Below, piece by piece: positions 42,451 through 53,743 of a DNA stretch of 64,000 nt; position 1 is the stretch's first letter; every line of letters begins with the position of its first letter. The translations under genes and the position numbers were made by a program. The notes under the pieces were generated by a model that was given only the letters and a program-made list of their open reading frames with translations, ran no database searches and was not told the origin of the DNA. This DNA is from an uncultured Gemmatimonadaceae bacterium. GTDB lineage: Bacteria > Gemmatimonadota > Gemmatimonadetes > Gemmatimonadales > Gemmatimonadaceae. The DNA is taken from positions 2,432,001 through 2,496,000 of the forward strand of contig CAWJMB010000002.1 of the NCBI GenBank assembly GCA_963843845.1, given 5' to 3'.

Positions 42451-43572
42451 TTAATCGCCAGCGGCGTGCCCCCAGAGCCAGCGCACCTCCTGCAGCGCCG
42501 CCCGTCCGATCGCGTGCGCGACGAGCGCCACCGGCGACCGCCCGCCGAACGCGCCTGCGATCGCCCAGAGCGCGCGCGCCGGGAAGCGACGTCCGCGGGC
42601 GAACGCGTACACCGGGTCCCACGTCGTCGGCGCGAACTTGCCCTTGAACGCTTCCAGCCCACCGAAGTTGTAGAAGCGCCGTCCGTGGGCGCGCACGAGG
42701 GGCACGAGGGCTCGCAGCCAGACCGGGGCGTGCAGATCGGGCGGCGTCCGGCGGGCGAACGGGGCCAGGCCGAGCGTCACGTAGCGTGCTCCGTCGTCGG
42801 CCATGGCGCGCACGGCCTCGTGAAGCAGCAGCTCCATCGTCCCGTTCGTCGCGCCCCGTCCGCGCACGAACTGCTCGATCAGCCACCCCTCACGCGCGCG
42901 CACCGGCGACGCGACCACGAAGCCGACGGCCGCCCCCGCCCGCGACGCGACGAAGACGCGCCGGTCGTCGAGCCGACCGAGCGTGTCCGGCTCGACGAGG
43001 AAGTGCAGCGTCGGCAGTCCACGAGTCGCCAGCCACTCGTTCAGCACGCGTCGCAGCGCCGCGCTCTCGTGCGCTCGCGCCGGCGCCCACTCGTCGACCG
43101 CCGCGCCCTTCTTCCGCGCGCGGGCGAGCTGCGAGCGGAGCGAGGCGCGCCTGCCGAACCCGTCGAGGAACTCGCGCGGGTGCCACGCTGGCTGCACCCC
43201 GAGGGTGAGGCGCGCGTACCTCGTCCCCCCGCCCAGCAGTCCCGCCAGCCGTGCCTCGGCGCCGAAGTAGCACACCGTGTCACCTGCCGCCTCGCTCGCG
43301 CGTTCGAACTCGTCGACCACTGCCGCAAGCCGGTCGGCCGCGCACACCGGCGCGCCCGCCGTCACGCGCGTGCGGCCGCGCCGCACATAGCCCACGACCG
43401 CCTCGCCGTCGGCCGAGAACCAGTGGCGGATTCCCGGATTCACGATCTGGTACGCGGTCGCGTTCCAGCCATGCGCGAGCACGAGCCTGCGCACATGCGC
43501 CAGGGCGGGGGGCCACGGCGACGGTGGCGACGGTGGAGTCACGGCACGCAGTCCGGACCGCCTCGCGTCCAC
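42451..43572 (-). CDS. Stand-alone DUF2156 / MprF-C-terminal-like tRNA-dependent aminoacyltransferase domain (start uncertain)
   Basis: 'AGAPV', 'PTLHFLVE', 'TNGTMELL', 'VTLGLAP', 'FYNFGGLEAFKGKFAPTTW'; no TM flippase domain. Confidence 0.8.
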   Translation of the reverse strand: MDARRSGLRAVTPPSPPSPWPPALAHVRRLVLAHGWNATAYQIVNPGIRHWFSADGEAVVGYVRRGRTRVTAGAPVCAADRLAAVVDEFERASEAAGDTVCYFGAEARLAGLLGGGTRYARLTLGVQPAWHPREFLDGFGRRASLRSQLARARKKGAAVDEWAPARAHESAALRRVLNEWLATRGLPTLHFLVEPDTLGRLDDRRVFVASRAGAAVGFVVASPVRAREGWLIEQFVRGRGATNGTMELLLHEAVRAMADDGARYVTLGLAPFARRTPPDLHAPVWLRALVPLVRAHGRRFYNFGGLEAFKGKFAPTTWDPVYAFARGRRFPARALWAIAGAFGGRSPVALVAHAIGRAALQEVRWLWGHAAGD

Positions 43573-43697
43573 GTCGGCACGAGCCGCATCGCCTCCGGTC
43601 TCAGGGGCACCGATTCATCGAACGAACTGCCGGAGGCATCGCCGGGTACGCGTGCACGCCATCTGCCAACCTCGCACGCGGCAGAGGCGAGGGGAAA

Positions 43698-43735
43698 CGA
43701 AACGCCCCGCCGAGCGTCTGCTCGAGGCGGGGCGA
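43698..43735 (-). terminator. Intrinsic terminator of the tRNA-Ile transcript
   Basis: Hairpin gccccgcc-gagc-gtct-gctc-ga-ggcggggc followed by GTTTCGTTT on the minus strand. Confidence 0.65.
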
Positions 43736-43750
43736 AGTTTCGCGGAGAAA

Positions 43751-43824
<74 letters not shown>

Positions 43825-43839
43825 GCGGTCGAGCGGCTG

Positions 43840-43868
43840 AATGTAGTGCGGGCGCCGGGACGGGTCAA
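43840..43868 (-). promoter_or_regulatory. Sigma70-type promoter for tRNA-Ile
   Basis: TTGACC-17 bp-TACATT ending 15 nt upstream of the tRNA. Confidence 0.75.
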
Positions 43869-44018
43869 TGCGAATGCCGCGTTGCACATTGATCCCTTCC
43901 GGACCAACTTCCGCCGCGCTCGGATGCTGGCCGTGATCGTGACCACACGGCCGCAGCGCCTCACCTGCTCCGTCGCGTCGGACGCGATCGCGCGGGCGCG
44001 ACTTCTCTCTCGGATCGG

Positions 44019-44846
44019 ATGCCGAACGGACCACAAGCCGCACTGATCGTTCTCGCCATCGTGATTCCCGTCGTCGCGCTCGCGATCTACCTCGTCGAGC
44101 GCCGCCACGGCAAGGCGCGGCGACGTGAGGAGGTCGTTCGGCTGCCTCTCTTCGGAACGGACCAGCTGCAGATGCGAGGGCGCGGAGACACCGTCGAGGA
44201 GAACGAGGTCGACGACGTACCGCCGCCGCCGCCGCCGATGCAGCGGCCAACGCGACGCTCGGAACCGGTCGTGCCGCAGCTGTCGGCGCCACCCGGTGCG
44301 ACGCGAGGCGGGCCGGCTCCAGAACGCCCCGCTCCCCATCCGGAGCGGGCCACGGCCACGCAAGCTCCACTGGAACCGCGGACCCCGCCAGCGACCACCC
44401 CGCCCGTGCCGTCACCGCGGCCGGTCGCCCCGCCAGCGGCTGTGCCGGACGCTCGCTTCATCGAAGGCGAGACGCTGCGGTTCGTCATGCCCCCTGCGGA
44501 CGGAACCGTCGAGTTCCTCCCCGGACGCCTCGAAGTCGTTGCCGGCCCCGAGGCGGGGCGGGAGATTCGCTTCGCGCGGGCGCCTGGTGAGGGCGACGTC
44601 GAGGTCACCTTCGGGCGGAGCGAGGGGCCGCCGAACCGTCACATTCAGGTGCTCGCCCGGACGGTCAGTCGACGCCACGCGGTCATGACGCTGCGCGACG
44701 AGCACTGGGAGCTGACGAACCTCTCGTCGACGAATCCGCTCGTCCTGAACGGCCGGGTCTTCGCCGGCGACGAGACGGCGCCGCTGCTCGTCGAAGGGGA
44801 CCGCATCGAGATGGGAGAGGTCGCCTTCGTCTTCCACGACGGGTGA
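44019..44846 (+). CDS. Membrane-anchored FHA-domain protein
   Basis: N-terminal TM helix, Pro-rich linker, FHA motifs 'FGR', 'VSRRHA', 'SSTN..LNG', 'GDRIEMG'. Confidence 0.88.
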   Translation: MPNGPQAALIVLAIVIPVVALAIYLVERRHGKARRREEVVRLPLFGTDQLQMRGRGDTVEENEVDDVPPPPPPMQRPTRRSEPVVPQLSAPPGATRGGPAPERPAPHPERATATQAPLEPRTPPATTPPVPSPRPVAPPAAVPDARFIEGETLRFVMPPADGTVEFLPGRLEVVAGPEAGREIRFARAPGEGDVEVTFGRSEGPPNRHIQVLARTVSRRHAVMTLRDEHWELTNLSSTNPLVLNGRVFAGDETAPLLVEGDRIEMGEVAFVFHDG

Positions 44847-44868
44847 TCCTGCCCGCGAGCTTCCGACG

Positions 44869-47454
44869 ATGACGGGCATCGCGCTCGGCGGCGAGCTGGC
44901 GCAGCTCGCTGCCGACTACGAGTTCATCGGCGAGCTCGGACGCGGCGGATCGGCCGTCGTCTATCATGCGCGGGATCGCGGCCTCGGCCGTGACGTCGCC
45001 ATCAAGGTCGTGCATCCGCGACCGCAGGCGCCCGGGGATGACGCGGTGGCGCGCCTCGCCCGTGAGGCGCGGACGGTTGCGCAGCTGCAGCACCCGAACA
45101 TCGTCACCGTGTTCGCCGTGCGCAGCCTGTCGGGGGGCGGACTCGCGCTCGTGATGCAGCTCGTTCCCGGGCAGACGCTCAAGGCGCTCGTCCAGTCGGG
45201 CGGCCCGCTCCCCGTCGACCGGTGCGAGCACGTGTTGCGCGACGTCGCCTCGGCGCTCGCCTACGCGCACGCGCGCGGGATCGTGCACCGCGACGTGAAG
45301 CCGGAGAACATCTTCGTCGACGAGCAGAGCGGCCGCGCGCTGCTCTCCGATTTCGGGATCGCTCGCTCCGAGGAGCACGACTCGTTGACGATGACCGGGA
45401 CGGCGATCGGCACGCCGTTCTACATGTCGCCGGAGCAGATCGACAACGTCGCGATCGACGGCCGCTCCGACCTCTACAGCCTCGGCCTCGTCGCGTGGGA
45501 GATGCTGACGGGGCGCCGGCCATGGGACGGCGAGAGCCTGTACAACGTCATCTACAAGCAGAAGCACGAAGAGCTGCCGCCGATCGAGGCACTGCGACCC
45601 GGCGTGCCGCCGAGGCTGCAATACCTCGTCGAGCGCATGCTGCAGAAGACGCCTGGTGCCCGGTGGGCCGGCGCCGACGCCCTGCTCGCGCAGCTCTCGC
45701 ACACGATCCTCCCCGGCGACTACAGCCGCTGGCAGGGAACGCTGCGCAAGCGCGTCGAGCGATTCCACGCCGCGGAGAAGGAGCGCGCGCGCGCCGCGGC
45801 CGCCACGCCGGCGAACGACGACGCACACGAGCGCGGCCTGCTCGCGTCGACGATGCGCTTCGTGCGCGGCGCGACGATTCCCTCGCGCATTTCGGTCCGG
45901 CCCTCGGGGGGAACCCACCCCAAAGGCGCGCCGGCACTCGCGAACACGATGCGCCTCCCGGCGAACGCCGCGATCGAGTCGCTGGAGCCCGCGCAGTCAC
46001 CGCCGCTGCCGCTGGCCGTCGTCGAGCCGCTGCCGAACGCGGTGCAGACTCCCGTTGGTGAGTCGCCACGCCCTCGACGACCGCCACGCCGCCCGCGCGA
46101 CACGGTCGCACCGAGTTGGGACCGCTCGCGGTCGCTCGTCCACGGTCGCGGCCCCTCGATCGCGATCGGGACCGTGTTGGTCGCAGCCGTCGTCACGCTC
46201 GTCGCCACGCCGTGGGGTCGCACGCTGCGCGAATCGTGGGCGTCGCGCCTGCTCACGGAGACGCCAGCCGCATCGCTCGATCCAGACGCGCGCGAAGCTG
46301 CTCGGGCGGCGGCGAGCTTCCCGGTGCCGTTCAGTGCGGGGGCGGCAGCTGTCGCCCCTACGACGCTCGCACTCGGCTCGCGCCACAGCTGTTCGATCGG
46401 GTTCGACGGTCGTGTGCGCTGCTGGGGCGGAAACGATCGGGGACAACTCGGCGACGGAACGACGGTCGGACGGCTCACGCCGGTCCCGCTCGCAGCTCAG
46501 CTCACCTTCGCCACGATGGCGGCGAACGGCGCGCAGAGCTGTGGAGTGACGCGCACGGGCGACGCCTACTGCTGGGGTGACGACACCTACGGCCAACTCG
46601 GTGACGCGACGACGATTCGACGGACGGCACCGGTCCGCGTCGCCGGTCCGGGGGTCTATCGCAGCATCGCCGTCGGCGCCTCACACGCGTGCGCGGTGAC
46701 GGGCAGCAACACGATCGACTGCTGGGGCGCCAACGCGCGCGGCCAGCTCGGCGACAGCAGCATTCGCGCGCGGAGCGTCCCGGCAGGCATCAAGGCGCCG
46801 GAGGCGCTGCGCTTCGTGCAGGTCGTCGCCGGCGATGCGCACAGTTGTGGTCTCGGCACCGACGGCCGCGCGTACTGTTGGGGTGGGGACGACCGAGGGC
46901 AGCTCGGGACCGGTGGTGTCGGCGGCGATCGCCGCGTGGCGACCCCGGTCGCGACGGACGTCCGGTTTCGCCTTCTCGCTGCAGGCGCGCGACATACCTG
47001 CGGACTCACCGGCGAGGGTACGCTGTGGTGCTGGGGGGCGAACGAACGCCACCAGCTCGGAAGAGCGACGCAGGCGATCGCCCCCAGCCCGATCGCCGTG
47101 CCGCTCCCCTCAGTCGCGACGGCCGTCGTCACGGGCACGCAGCACACGTGCGCCTTGGACACTGCCGGCGACGCCTACTGCTGGGGAGCGAATGCCGCCG
47201 GACAGCTCGGCATCGGCCCATCGGTCGGCGACGTGACGACGCCGAGGCGCGTGGTCCTGCCGCAACCCCTGACCGCGATCGGAGCGGGTGCCCGCCACAC
47301 GTGCGGTGTGAGCGCCAACGACCCGGCCCTGTGCTGGGGCGAGAACGGCGACGGGCAGCTCGGCGACGCGACGCGGCAGCGTCGGCTGACGCCCGTGGCC
47401 GTCGGCCGTCCGGTCGTCGGGAGCGCGATCGTGAACGGGACACCCCGCCCGTAG
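44869..47454 (+). CDS. Hanks-type Ser/Thr protein kinase with TM helix and RCC1/BLIP-II beta-propeller
   Basis: 'LGRGGSAVVY', 'VAIK', 'HRDVKPEN', 'DFG', 'GTPFYMSPEQ'; seven 'C..G..CWG.N..GQLG' repeats. Confidence 0.92.
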   Translation: MTGIALGGELAQLAADYEFIGELGRGGSAVVYHARDRGLGRDVAIKVVHPRPQAPGDDAVARLAREARTVAQLQHPNIVTVFAVRSLSGGGLALVMQLVPGQTLKALVQSGGPLPVDRCEHVLRDVASALAYAHARGIVHRDVKPENIFVDEQSGRALLSDFGIARSEEHDSLTMTGTAIGTPFYMSPEQIDNVAIDGRSDLYSLGLVAWEMLTGRRPWDGESLYNVIYKQKHEELPPIEALRPGVPPRLQYLVERMLQKTPGARWAGADALLAQLSHTILPGDYSRWQGTLRKRVERFHAAEKERARAAAATPANDDAHERGLLASTMRFVRGATIPSRISVRPSGGTHPKGAPALANTMRLPANAAIESLEPAQSPPLPLAVVEPLPNAVQTPVGESPRPRRPPRRPRDTVAPSWDRSRSLVHGRGPSIAIGTVLVAAVVTLVATPWGRTLRESWASRLLTETPAASLDPDAREAARAAASFPVPFSAGAAAVAPTTLALGSRHSCSIGFDGRVRCWGGNDRGQLGDGTTVGRLTPVPLAAQLTFATMAANGAQSCGVTRTGDAYCWGDDTYGQLGDATTIRRTAPVRVAGPGVYRSIAVGASHACAVTGSNTIDCWGANARGQLGDSSIRARSVPAGIKAPEALRFVQVVAGDAHSCGLGTDGRAYCWGGDDRGQLGTGGVGGDRRVATPVATDVRFRLLAAGARHTCGLTGEGTLWCWGANERHQLGRATQAIAPSPIAVPLPSVATAVVTGTQHTCALDTAGDAYCWGANAAGQLGIGPSVGDVTTPRRVVLPQPLTAIGAGARHTCGVSANDPALCWGENGDGQLGDATRQRRLTPVAVGRPVVGSAIVNGTPRP

Positions 47455-47511
47455 CGCCGCTCGCGCAGCGGAGGACGACGCCCGAGTCGCGCCACGCGGA
47501 TGACCGCGGAA

Positions 47512-47557
47512 ACGCAGACACCCCGCTCTCGGCAAGCCGAGAGCGGGGTGTCTGCGT
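47512..47557. terminator. 22-bp hairpin terminating the 16S unit (and the convergent kinase gene)
   Basis: acgcagacaccccgctctcggc-aa-gccgagagcggggtgtctgcgt. Confidence 0.75.
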
Positions 47558-47592
47558 CTGAGTGACGATCGAGAGAGCTATCGTGCGATGGC
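47558..47592 (-). other. 16S 3' trailer strand of the pre-rRNA processing stem
   Basis: GCCATCGCACGATAGCTCTCTCGATCGTCACTCAG is complementary to the leader at 49295-49329. Confidence 0.85.
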
Positions 47593-47640
47593 GCGACTTC
47601 CGAGTGGTTTCGTCCCCGAGGGGGCTACTCCCGACTCCGG

Positions 47641-49182
<1,542 letters not shown>

Positions 49183-49294
49183 ATTGATTAGCTCTGCCCG
49201 AACGCGGTATCCACCAAACGCGGAAACCGCGTCCGGAATCACATCGTGTTCTTGACCTTTCCCCGCTGCCCACGAGAACAGCGGATCAATAAGG

Positions 49295-49329
49295 GCCATC
49301 GCACGAATGCTCTCTCGATTGTCAATCAG
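49295..49329 (-). other. 16S 5' leader strand of the pre-rRNA processing stem
   Basis: CTGATTGACAATCGAGAGAGCATTCGTGCGATGGC pairs with 47558-47592. Confidence 0.85.
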
Positions 49330-49355
49330 CGCCCCCGTGCTGCTGGGGAATCGTA

Positions 49356-49383
49356 AGTATAGCTAGCCGAGACCGAATCTCAA
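49356..49383 (-). promoter_or_regulatory. rRNA promoter
   Basis: TTGAGA-16 bp-TATACT; a 16-bp spacer is typical of rrn promoters. Confidence 0.8.
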
Positions 49384-49422
49384 GGGGCAAATGCGCGGAA
49401 TTGCACGCATCCGCCAGATCGA

Positions 49423-49731
49423 TCACTCGTCGTCGTAGCTGTCTTCGTCGAGGTCATCCAGCTCCTCGTCGTCGAGCTCGTCCTCGTCGTCATCCTCGTC
49501 GTCGTCGTCCTCGTCGTCGTCGAGATCGTCGTCGTCATCCTCGTCATCATCATCGTCGTCGAGATCGTCGACGTCGTCGAACTCGTCATCGAGATCGTCG
49601 TCGCCATCGACGTCGATGTCATCCCCGCCGTCAGGATCGTCGTCATCATCCCGCCGCGGCGAGAGCGTCAGCGGCTCGAGCTGCTCCTCCTCGGCGCGAT
49701 CCGCCCACGACATCCCGAACTTGTCCGACAT
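49423..49731 (-). CDS. Extremely acidic small protein (poly-Asp/Glu)
   Basis: 102 aa from MSDKFGMSW; about 65 D/E residues with mixed GAC/GAT/GAG codons. Confidence 0.65.
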   Translation of the reverse strand: MSDKFGMSWADRAEEEQLEPLTLSPRRDDDDDPDGGDDIDVDGDDDLDDEFDDVDDLDDDDDDEDDDDDLDDDEDDDDEDDDEDELDDEELDDLDEDSYDDE

Positions 49732-49827
49732 ACCAGAGCCTCGCTTACAGGGGTCGAATGAAAGGTCAAGAACCTGCACGGGCGGTGCGCAGAAAGCGAG
49801 CCGCGACGAGCCTCGTCACGAGACCGA

Positions 49828-51672
49828 TCACGAGACCGATGCGCGCTCCCGCTCACGCTTCGCCTCGCGCGCGATCCGCTTGCGATCGCTCTCGCTCAAC
49901 AGCCGCTTCCGCAGTCGGATGCTCTGCGGCGTGACCTCGATCAGCTCGTCGTCCTCGATATACTCAAGAGCGCTTTCGAGGGTCAACACCCGCGGCGGCT
50001 CGAGCTGCACGTTCTCATCGCTCGACTTCGTGCGGATGTTCGTCAGCTTCTTCTCCTTGCTCGGATTGACGTCCATGTCCCCCGGGCGCGAGTTCTCGCC
50101 GACGATCATCCCCTCGTACACGGCGTCGCCCGGCGACACGAAGAGCGTCGCGCGCTCCTGCAACGTCGTCAGCGCGAACGCGACGACGACGCCATTCTCC
50201 ATCGACACCAGCACGCCGCGCGAGCGCCCGGCCAGCGCACCGGCCCATGCGCCGTACTCCAGGAAGCGGTGGTGAATGATCCCCGTTCCCCGCGTGTCCG
50301 TCAGAAACTCCGAGCGATAGCCGAACAGCCCACGCGACGGAATGCGGTAGAGCAGTCGCACGAGCCCCTGCCCCGGATTCTTCATCTCGATCATCTCGGC
50401 GCGTCGCTGCCCGAGCTTCTCCATCACGGCCCCGAGGTAGTCCTCGGGGACGTCGATCGAGAGCTCTTCGTACGGCTCGAGGCGCTCGCCACTCAGCCCG
50501 GTCTTCGTGATGACGCGCGGGCGCGAGACCTGGAACTCGTACCCCTCGCGTCGCATCGTCTCCATCAGGATGGAGAGATGCAGCTCGCCACGCCCCGACA
50601 CCGTCCACGCGTCGGTGCTGTCGGTGTCCTCGACGCGGAGCGCGACGTTGCGCTCGAGCTCCTTGTACAGCCGCTCGCGGAGCTGACGCGAGGTGACGAA
50701 CTTGCCGTCCTTCCCTGAGAACGGCGAGTTGTTGACGACGAAGTCGACGGAGATCGTCGGTTCCTCGACGGAGATGCCGGCGAGCCGTTCCGGGTGCTCG
50801 ATGTCGGTCACCGTGAGGCCGATCTCCACGCCTTCGAGCCCGGCGAGCGACACGATCTCTCCCGCCGAGGCGCTCTGGATCTCGGCGCGCTCGAGCCCCT
50901 CGATGCCGAACAGCTTCGTCACGCGTCCGCGCTCCATCGGCCGCGTCGTTTCGAGCGGCAGCAGCGCGACCGCGTCCCCGACGTGAATGGCGCCGCGCTC
51001 GATGCGTCCGATCGCGAGCCGGCCGAGGTACGGCGAGTAGTCGATCGTCGACACCAGCATCTGGAACGGCCCGTCCGCGTCGCTCGGCGGCGGCGGGACG
51101 TGCTTCACGATCGTGTCGAACAGGGGCGAGAGATCCTGCAGCGGCTGATCGAGATCCATCGTCGACGTGCCATCCCGCGCCGAGGCGTAGACGACCGGCG
51201 CGTCGAGCTGCGCCTCGTCCGCCTCGAGCTCGATGAACAGCGACAGCACTTCGTCGTGCACACGCAACGGATCGGCGCCGGGGCGATCGATCTTGTTGAT
51301 GACGATGATCGGCGTGCGGCCCAGGGCGAGTGCCTTGCGCAGCACGAAGCGCGTCTGCGGCATCGGCCCATCGAAGGCATCCACGACGAGGAGCACGCCG
51401 TCGACCATGCGGAGGATGCGCTCGACTTCGCCGCCGAAATCCGCGTGCCCCGGCGTGTCGACGATGTTGACCTTCACGCCCTTCCAGTGGATGGACGTGT
51501 TCTTGGCGAGGATCGTGATGCCCCGCTCGCGCTCGAGCGGGTTCGAGTCCATCACGCGCTCCTGCACCACCTGGTTCTCGCGAAAGGCTCCGGCCTGGCG
51601 AAGCATCTTGTCGACGAGCGTGGTCTTGCCGTGATCGACGTGCGCGATGATGGCGATGTTCCGAATTTCCAT
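49828..51672 (-). CDS. typA: Translational GTPase TypA/BipA
   Basis: '[19 protein letters not shown]', '[11 protein letters not shown]', '[14 protein letters not shown]', '[10 protein letters not shown]', '[11 protein letters not shown]'. Confidence 0.98.
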   Translation of the reverse strand: MEIRNIAIIAHVDHGKTTLVDKMLRQAGAFRENQVVQERVMDSNPLERERGITILAKNTSIHWKGVKVNIVDTPGHADFGGEVERILRMVDGVLLVVDAFDGPMPQTRFVLRKALALGRTPIIVINKIDRPGADPLRVHDEVLSLFIELEADEAQLDAPVVYASARDGTSTMDLDQPLQDLSPLFDTIVKHVPPPPSDADGPFQMLVSTIDYSPYLGRLAIGRIERGAIHVGDAVALLPLETTRPMERGRVTKLFGIEGLERAEIQSASAGEIVSLAGLEGVEIGLTVTDIEHPERLAGISVEEPTISVDFVVNNSPFSGKDGKFVTSRQLRERLYKELERNVALRVEDTDSTDAWTVSGRGELHLSILMETMRREGYEFQVSRPRVITKTGLSGERLEPYEELSIDVPEDYLGAVMEKLGQRRAEMIEMKNPGQGLVRLLYRIPSRGLFGYRSEFLTDTRGTGIIHHRFLEYGAWAGALAGRSRGVLVSMENGVVVAFALTTLQERATLFVSPGDAVYEGMIVGENSRPGDMDVNPSKEKKLTNIRTKSSDENVQLEPPRVLTLESALEYIEDDELIEVTPQSIRLRKRLLSESDRKRIAREAKRERERASVS

Positions 51673-51680
51673 AGCCTAGC

Positions 51681-51710
51681 AATATATCGAAGCCGGGCGA
51701 ATCGCTGCAA
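51681..51710 (-). promoter_or_regulatory. Sigma70-type promoter for typA, probably leaderless
   Basis: TTGCAG-18 bp-TATATT, then only 8 nt to the ATG. Confidence 0.6.
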
Positions 51711-51849
51711 GTCTATGCATGCTCGTTACTTACGCCCATGGCTGTCACCCGGAACGGCCGAGGGCGCCGAGTCGTCGAGGGGCGTGGCGTCTTGCGGCAC
51801 AGGGAGTGCGGGCCGATCTTGGTCCACACACGCTCTTCGGAGGATCAGC

Positions 51850-52062
51850 ATGGAGCAGCGCGATCAGCAGTCCGAGCACGACTCCTACCCGATCGGCCGC
51901 GGTTATGGCCACGACTACATGCGCGGCGGCGAAGTCTTCGGCGGCTACGGGTACAGCGAACGCGAAGAATACGAGCGCCGACGGGGCGAACGCGGATCGG
52001 ACAGCGGTGAGCGCAGGCGAGCGAACGACGGCGCGAGCGACACCGACACGGTGACCTCGTAA
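51850..52062 (+). CDS. Small hydrophilic Gly/Tyr/Arg/Glu-rich hypothetical protein
   Basis: 70 aa MEQRDQQSEHDSY...; GGAGG RBS upstream and terminator downstream. Confidence 0.65.
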   Translation: MEQRDQQSEHDSYPIGRGYGHDYMRGGEVFGGYGYSEREEYERRRGERGSDSGERRRANDGASDTDTVTS

Positions 52063-52089
52063 TCAGCGATCGATCGTCATGTGGCGCGA

Positions 52090-52140
52090 CGAAGGGGGCG
52101 GCAGCGAACCAACAGTTCGCGCCGCCCCCTTCGACGTTTT
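52090..52140 (+). terminator. Intrinsic terminator (possibly bidirectional)
   Basis: cgaagggggcggc...gccgcccccttcg followed by acgtttt. Confidence 0.7.
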
Positions 52141-52165
52141 CGCCCGGGCCTCGCTCGCGACTCGC

Positions 52166-53650
52166 TCACTTCGCCTCGGCGAACGAGGTGTCGTGGCCGC
52201 GCGCGCGCAGCGACTGCACGAGCATGCTCTTCTCGACTGCCTTCACGTACGCCTCGCGCGGCTCGACGAGCTTCGCGTCCACCAGATCGAGGAGCGCGTC
52301 GTTCAGCGTCACCATCCCGATCTTCTTCGACGTCTGCAGGATCGACGCGATCTGGAACGTCTTGCCTTCGCGAATGAGGTTGCTGATGGCGTGCGTCGCG
52401 AGCAGGACCTCGCGCGCCGCGACGCGGCCGCCGCCGATCTTCTTGCAGAGCGTCTGGGAGATGACGCCCTTCAGCGACTCGCTCAGCATGACGCGGATCT
52501 GCGCCTGCCGGTCTGCGGGAAACTGATCGATGATCCGATCGACCGTACCCGCGGCCGTCGTCGTGTGCAGCGTACCGAAGACGAGATGGCCGGTCTCGGC
52601 GGTCTCGATGGCGATCGAGACGGTCTCGAGGTCGCGCAGCTCGCCGACGAGGATCACGTCGGGGTCCTCGCGCAGCGCCGCACGTAAGGCGCTCTTGAAC
52701 GACGACGTGTGCACGCCGACCTGCCGCTGCGTGACGAGGCAGCGCTTGTTCGGGTGCACGAACTCGATCGGATCTTCGATCGTGAGGATGTGATCGCCGC
52801 GCGAGCGGTTCACCAGATCGACGAGCGAGCAGAGCGTCGTCGACTTGCCGGAGCCGGTGGGACCGGTCACGAGGACGAGCCCTTTCGTGAGCGACGCCAG
52901 CCGCTGCACCTCTGCGGAGAGCCCCATCTCCTCGACGCTGACGACCGTCGCCGGAATGACGCGGAACACCCCCGCCGGCCCGCGCCGATCGAGCAGGGCG
53001 TTCGCGCGGAAGCGCGCGACGCCGTCGATCTCGTACGCGAAGTCGGTGTCGCTGCTCGCCGCGAACTCGCTCCGGTTTCGCTCGGGCATGATCGATACGA
53101 GCATCGCCTCGAGCGTCGCCGCGTGCATCGGTGGCTCGTCCAGGCGTTCGAGCTCGCCGGACGCGCGAACGACCGGCGGCTCTCCGACGCGGAGATGCAG
53201 GTCGGAGCCGCCGCGCGCGACGAGCAGCCTGAGGAAGCGGTCCATCTCCTCGCGCGCCCGTTCCGTGCCCCCGCCCACCGACGGCATCGCCGCGCCCGCC
53301 TTCGACCCGGCGAGCACCGTCTCGCGTTCCTCACTCGCCTCAGGCACGGCGGGGTCGGCCGACACGGTGGCGGACCATCGCTCGTCGATCCGCACGACGC
53401 GGACAGCGAACCGTCCCTCGGGCGCGTCGTAGAGGAATTCGGCGCCGTCGTTCGCGTCGAGGCGATGTGCCGCGTGCGGCGGAGCGACTTCTCGCACGAC
53501 GGAGACGAGTTGCGGGCCGGTGAGCGGCGCCCGGGTGAGCGGCCTGCGCTGTGTACCGGCGACGAGCACGGCGACATCGCCCTCGACCAGCTCGACGGCG
53601 TCGGCGCGGTTCGCGATGAGTGAGGCGAGCAGGCGATCGAGCTGCGGCAT
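52166..53650 (-). CDS. pilT: Type IV pilus retraction ATPase PilT with an extra N-terminal domain
   Basis: 'SDLHL', 'GPTGSGKSTT', 'TIEDPIE', 'ALREDPDVILVGELRD', 'TLHT', 'AISNLIRE'. Confidence 0.92.
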   Translation of the reverse strand: MPQLDRLLASLIANRADAVELVEGDVAVLVAGTQRRPLTRAPLTGPQLVSVVREVAPPHAAHRLDANDGAEFLYDAPEGRFAVRVVRIDERWSATVSADPAVPEASEERETVLAGSKAGAAMPSVGGGTERAREEMDRFLRLLVARGGSDLHLRVGEPPVVRASGELERLDEPPMHAATLEAMLVSIMPERNRSEFAASSDTDFAYEIDGVARFRANALLDRRGPAGVFRVIPATVVSVEEMGLSAEVQRLASLTKGLVLVTGPTGSGKSTTLCSLVDLVNRSRGDHILTIEDPIEFVHPNKRCLVTQRQVGVHTSSFKSALRAALREDPDVILVGELRDLETVSIAIETAETGHLVFGTLHTTTAAGTVDRIIDQFPADRQAQIRVMLSESLKGVISQTLCKKIGGGRVAAREVLLATHAISNLIREGKTFQIASILQTSKKIGMVTLNDALLDLVDAKLVEPREAYVKAVEKSMLVQSLRARGHDTSFAEAK

Positions 53651-53743
53651 GGATGGGAGACGAGAGACGCGCGACGGGATCGTGCGCGGCCGAGCGCGGC
53701 GCACCTGCTGCACCACTCGGCCTGCTCCCAGGACGCCCGGCCG

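Noticed and set aside
49423..49660. CRISPR or satellite array in the tcgtcg-rich tract
   Set aside because: No repeat-spacer structure or cas genes; it reads as Asp/Glu codons on the minus strand.
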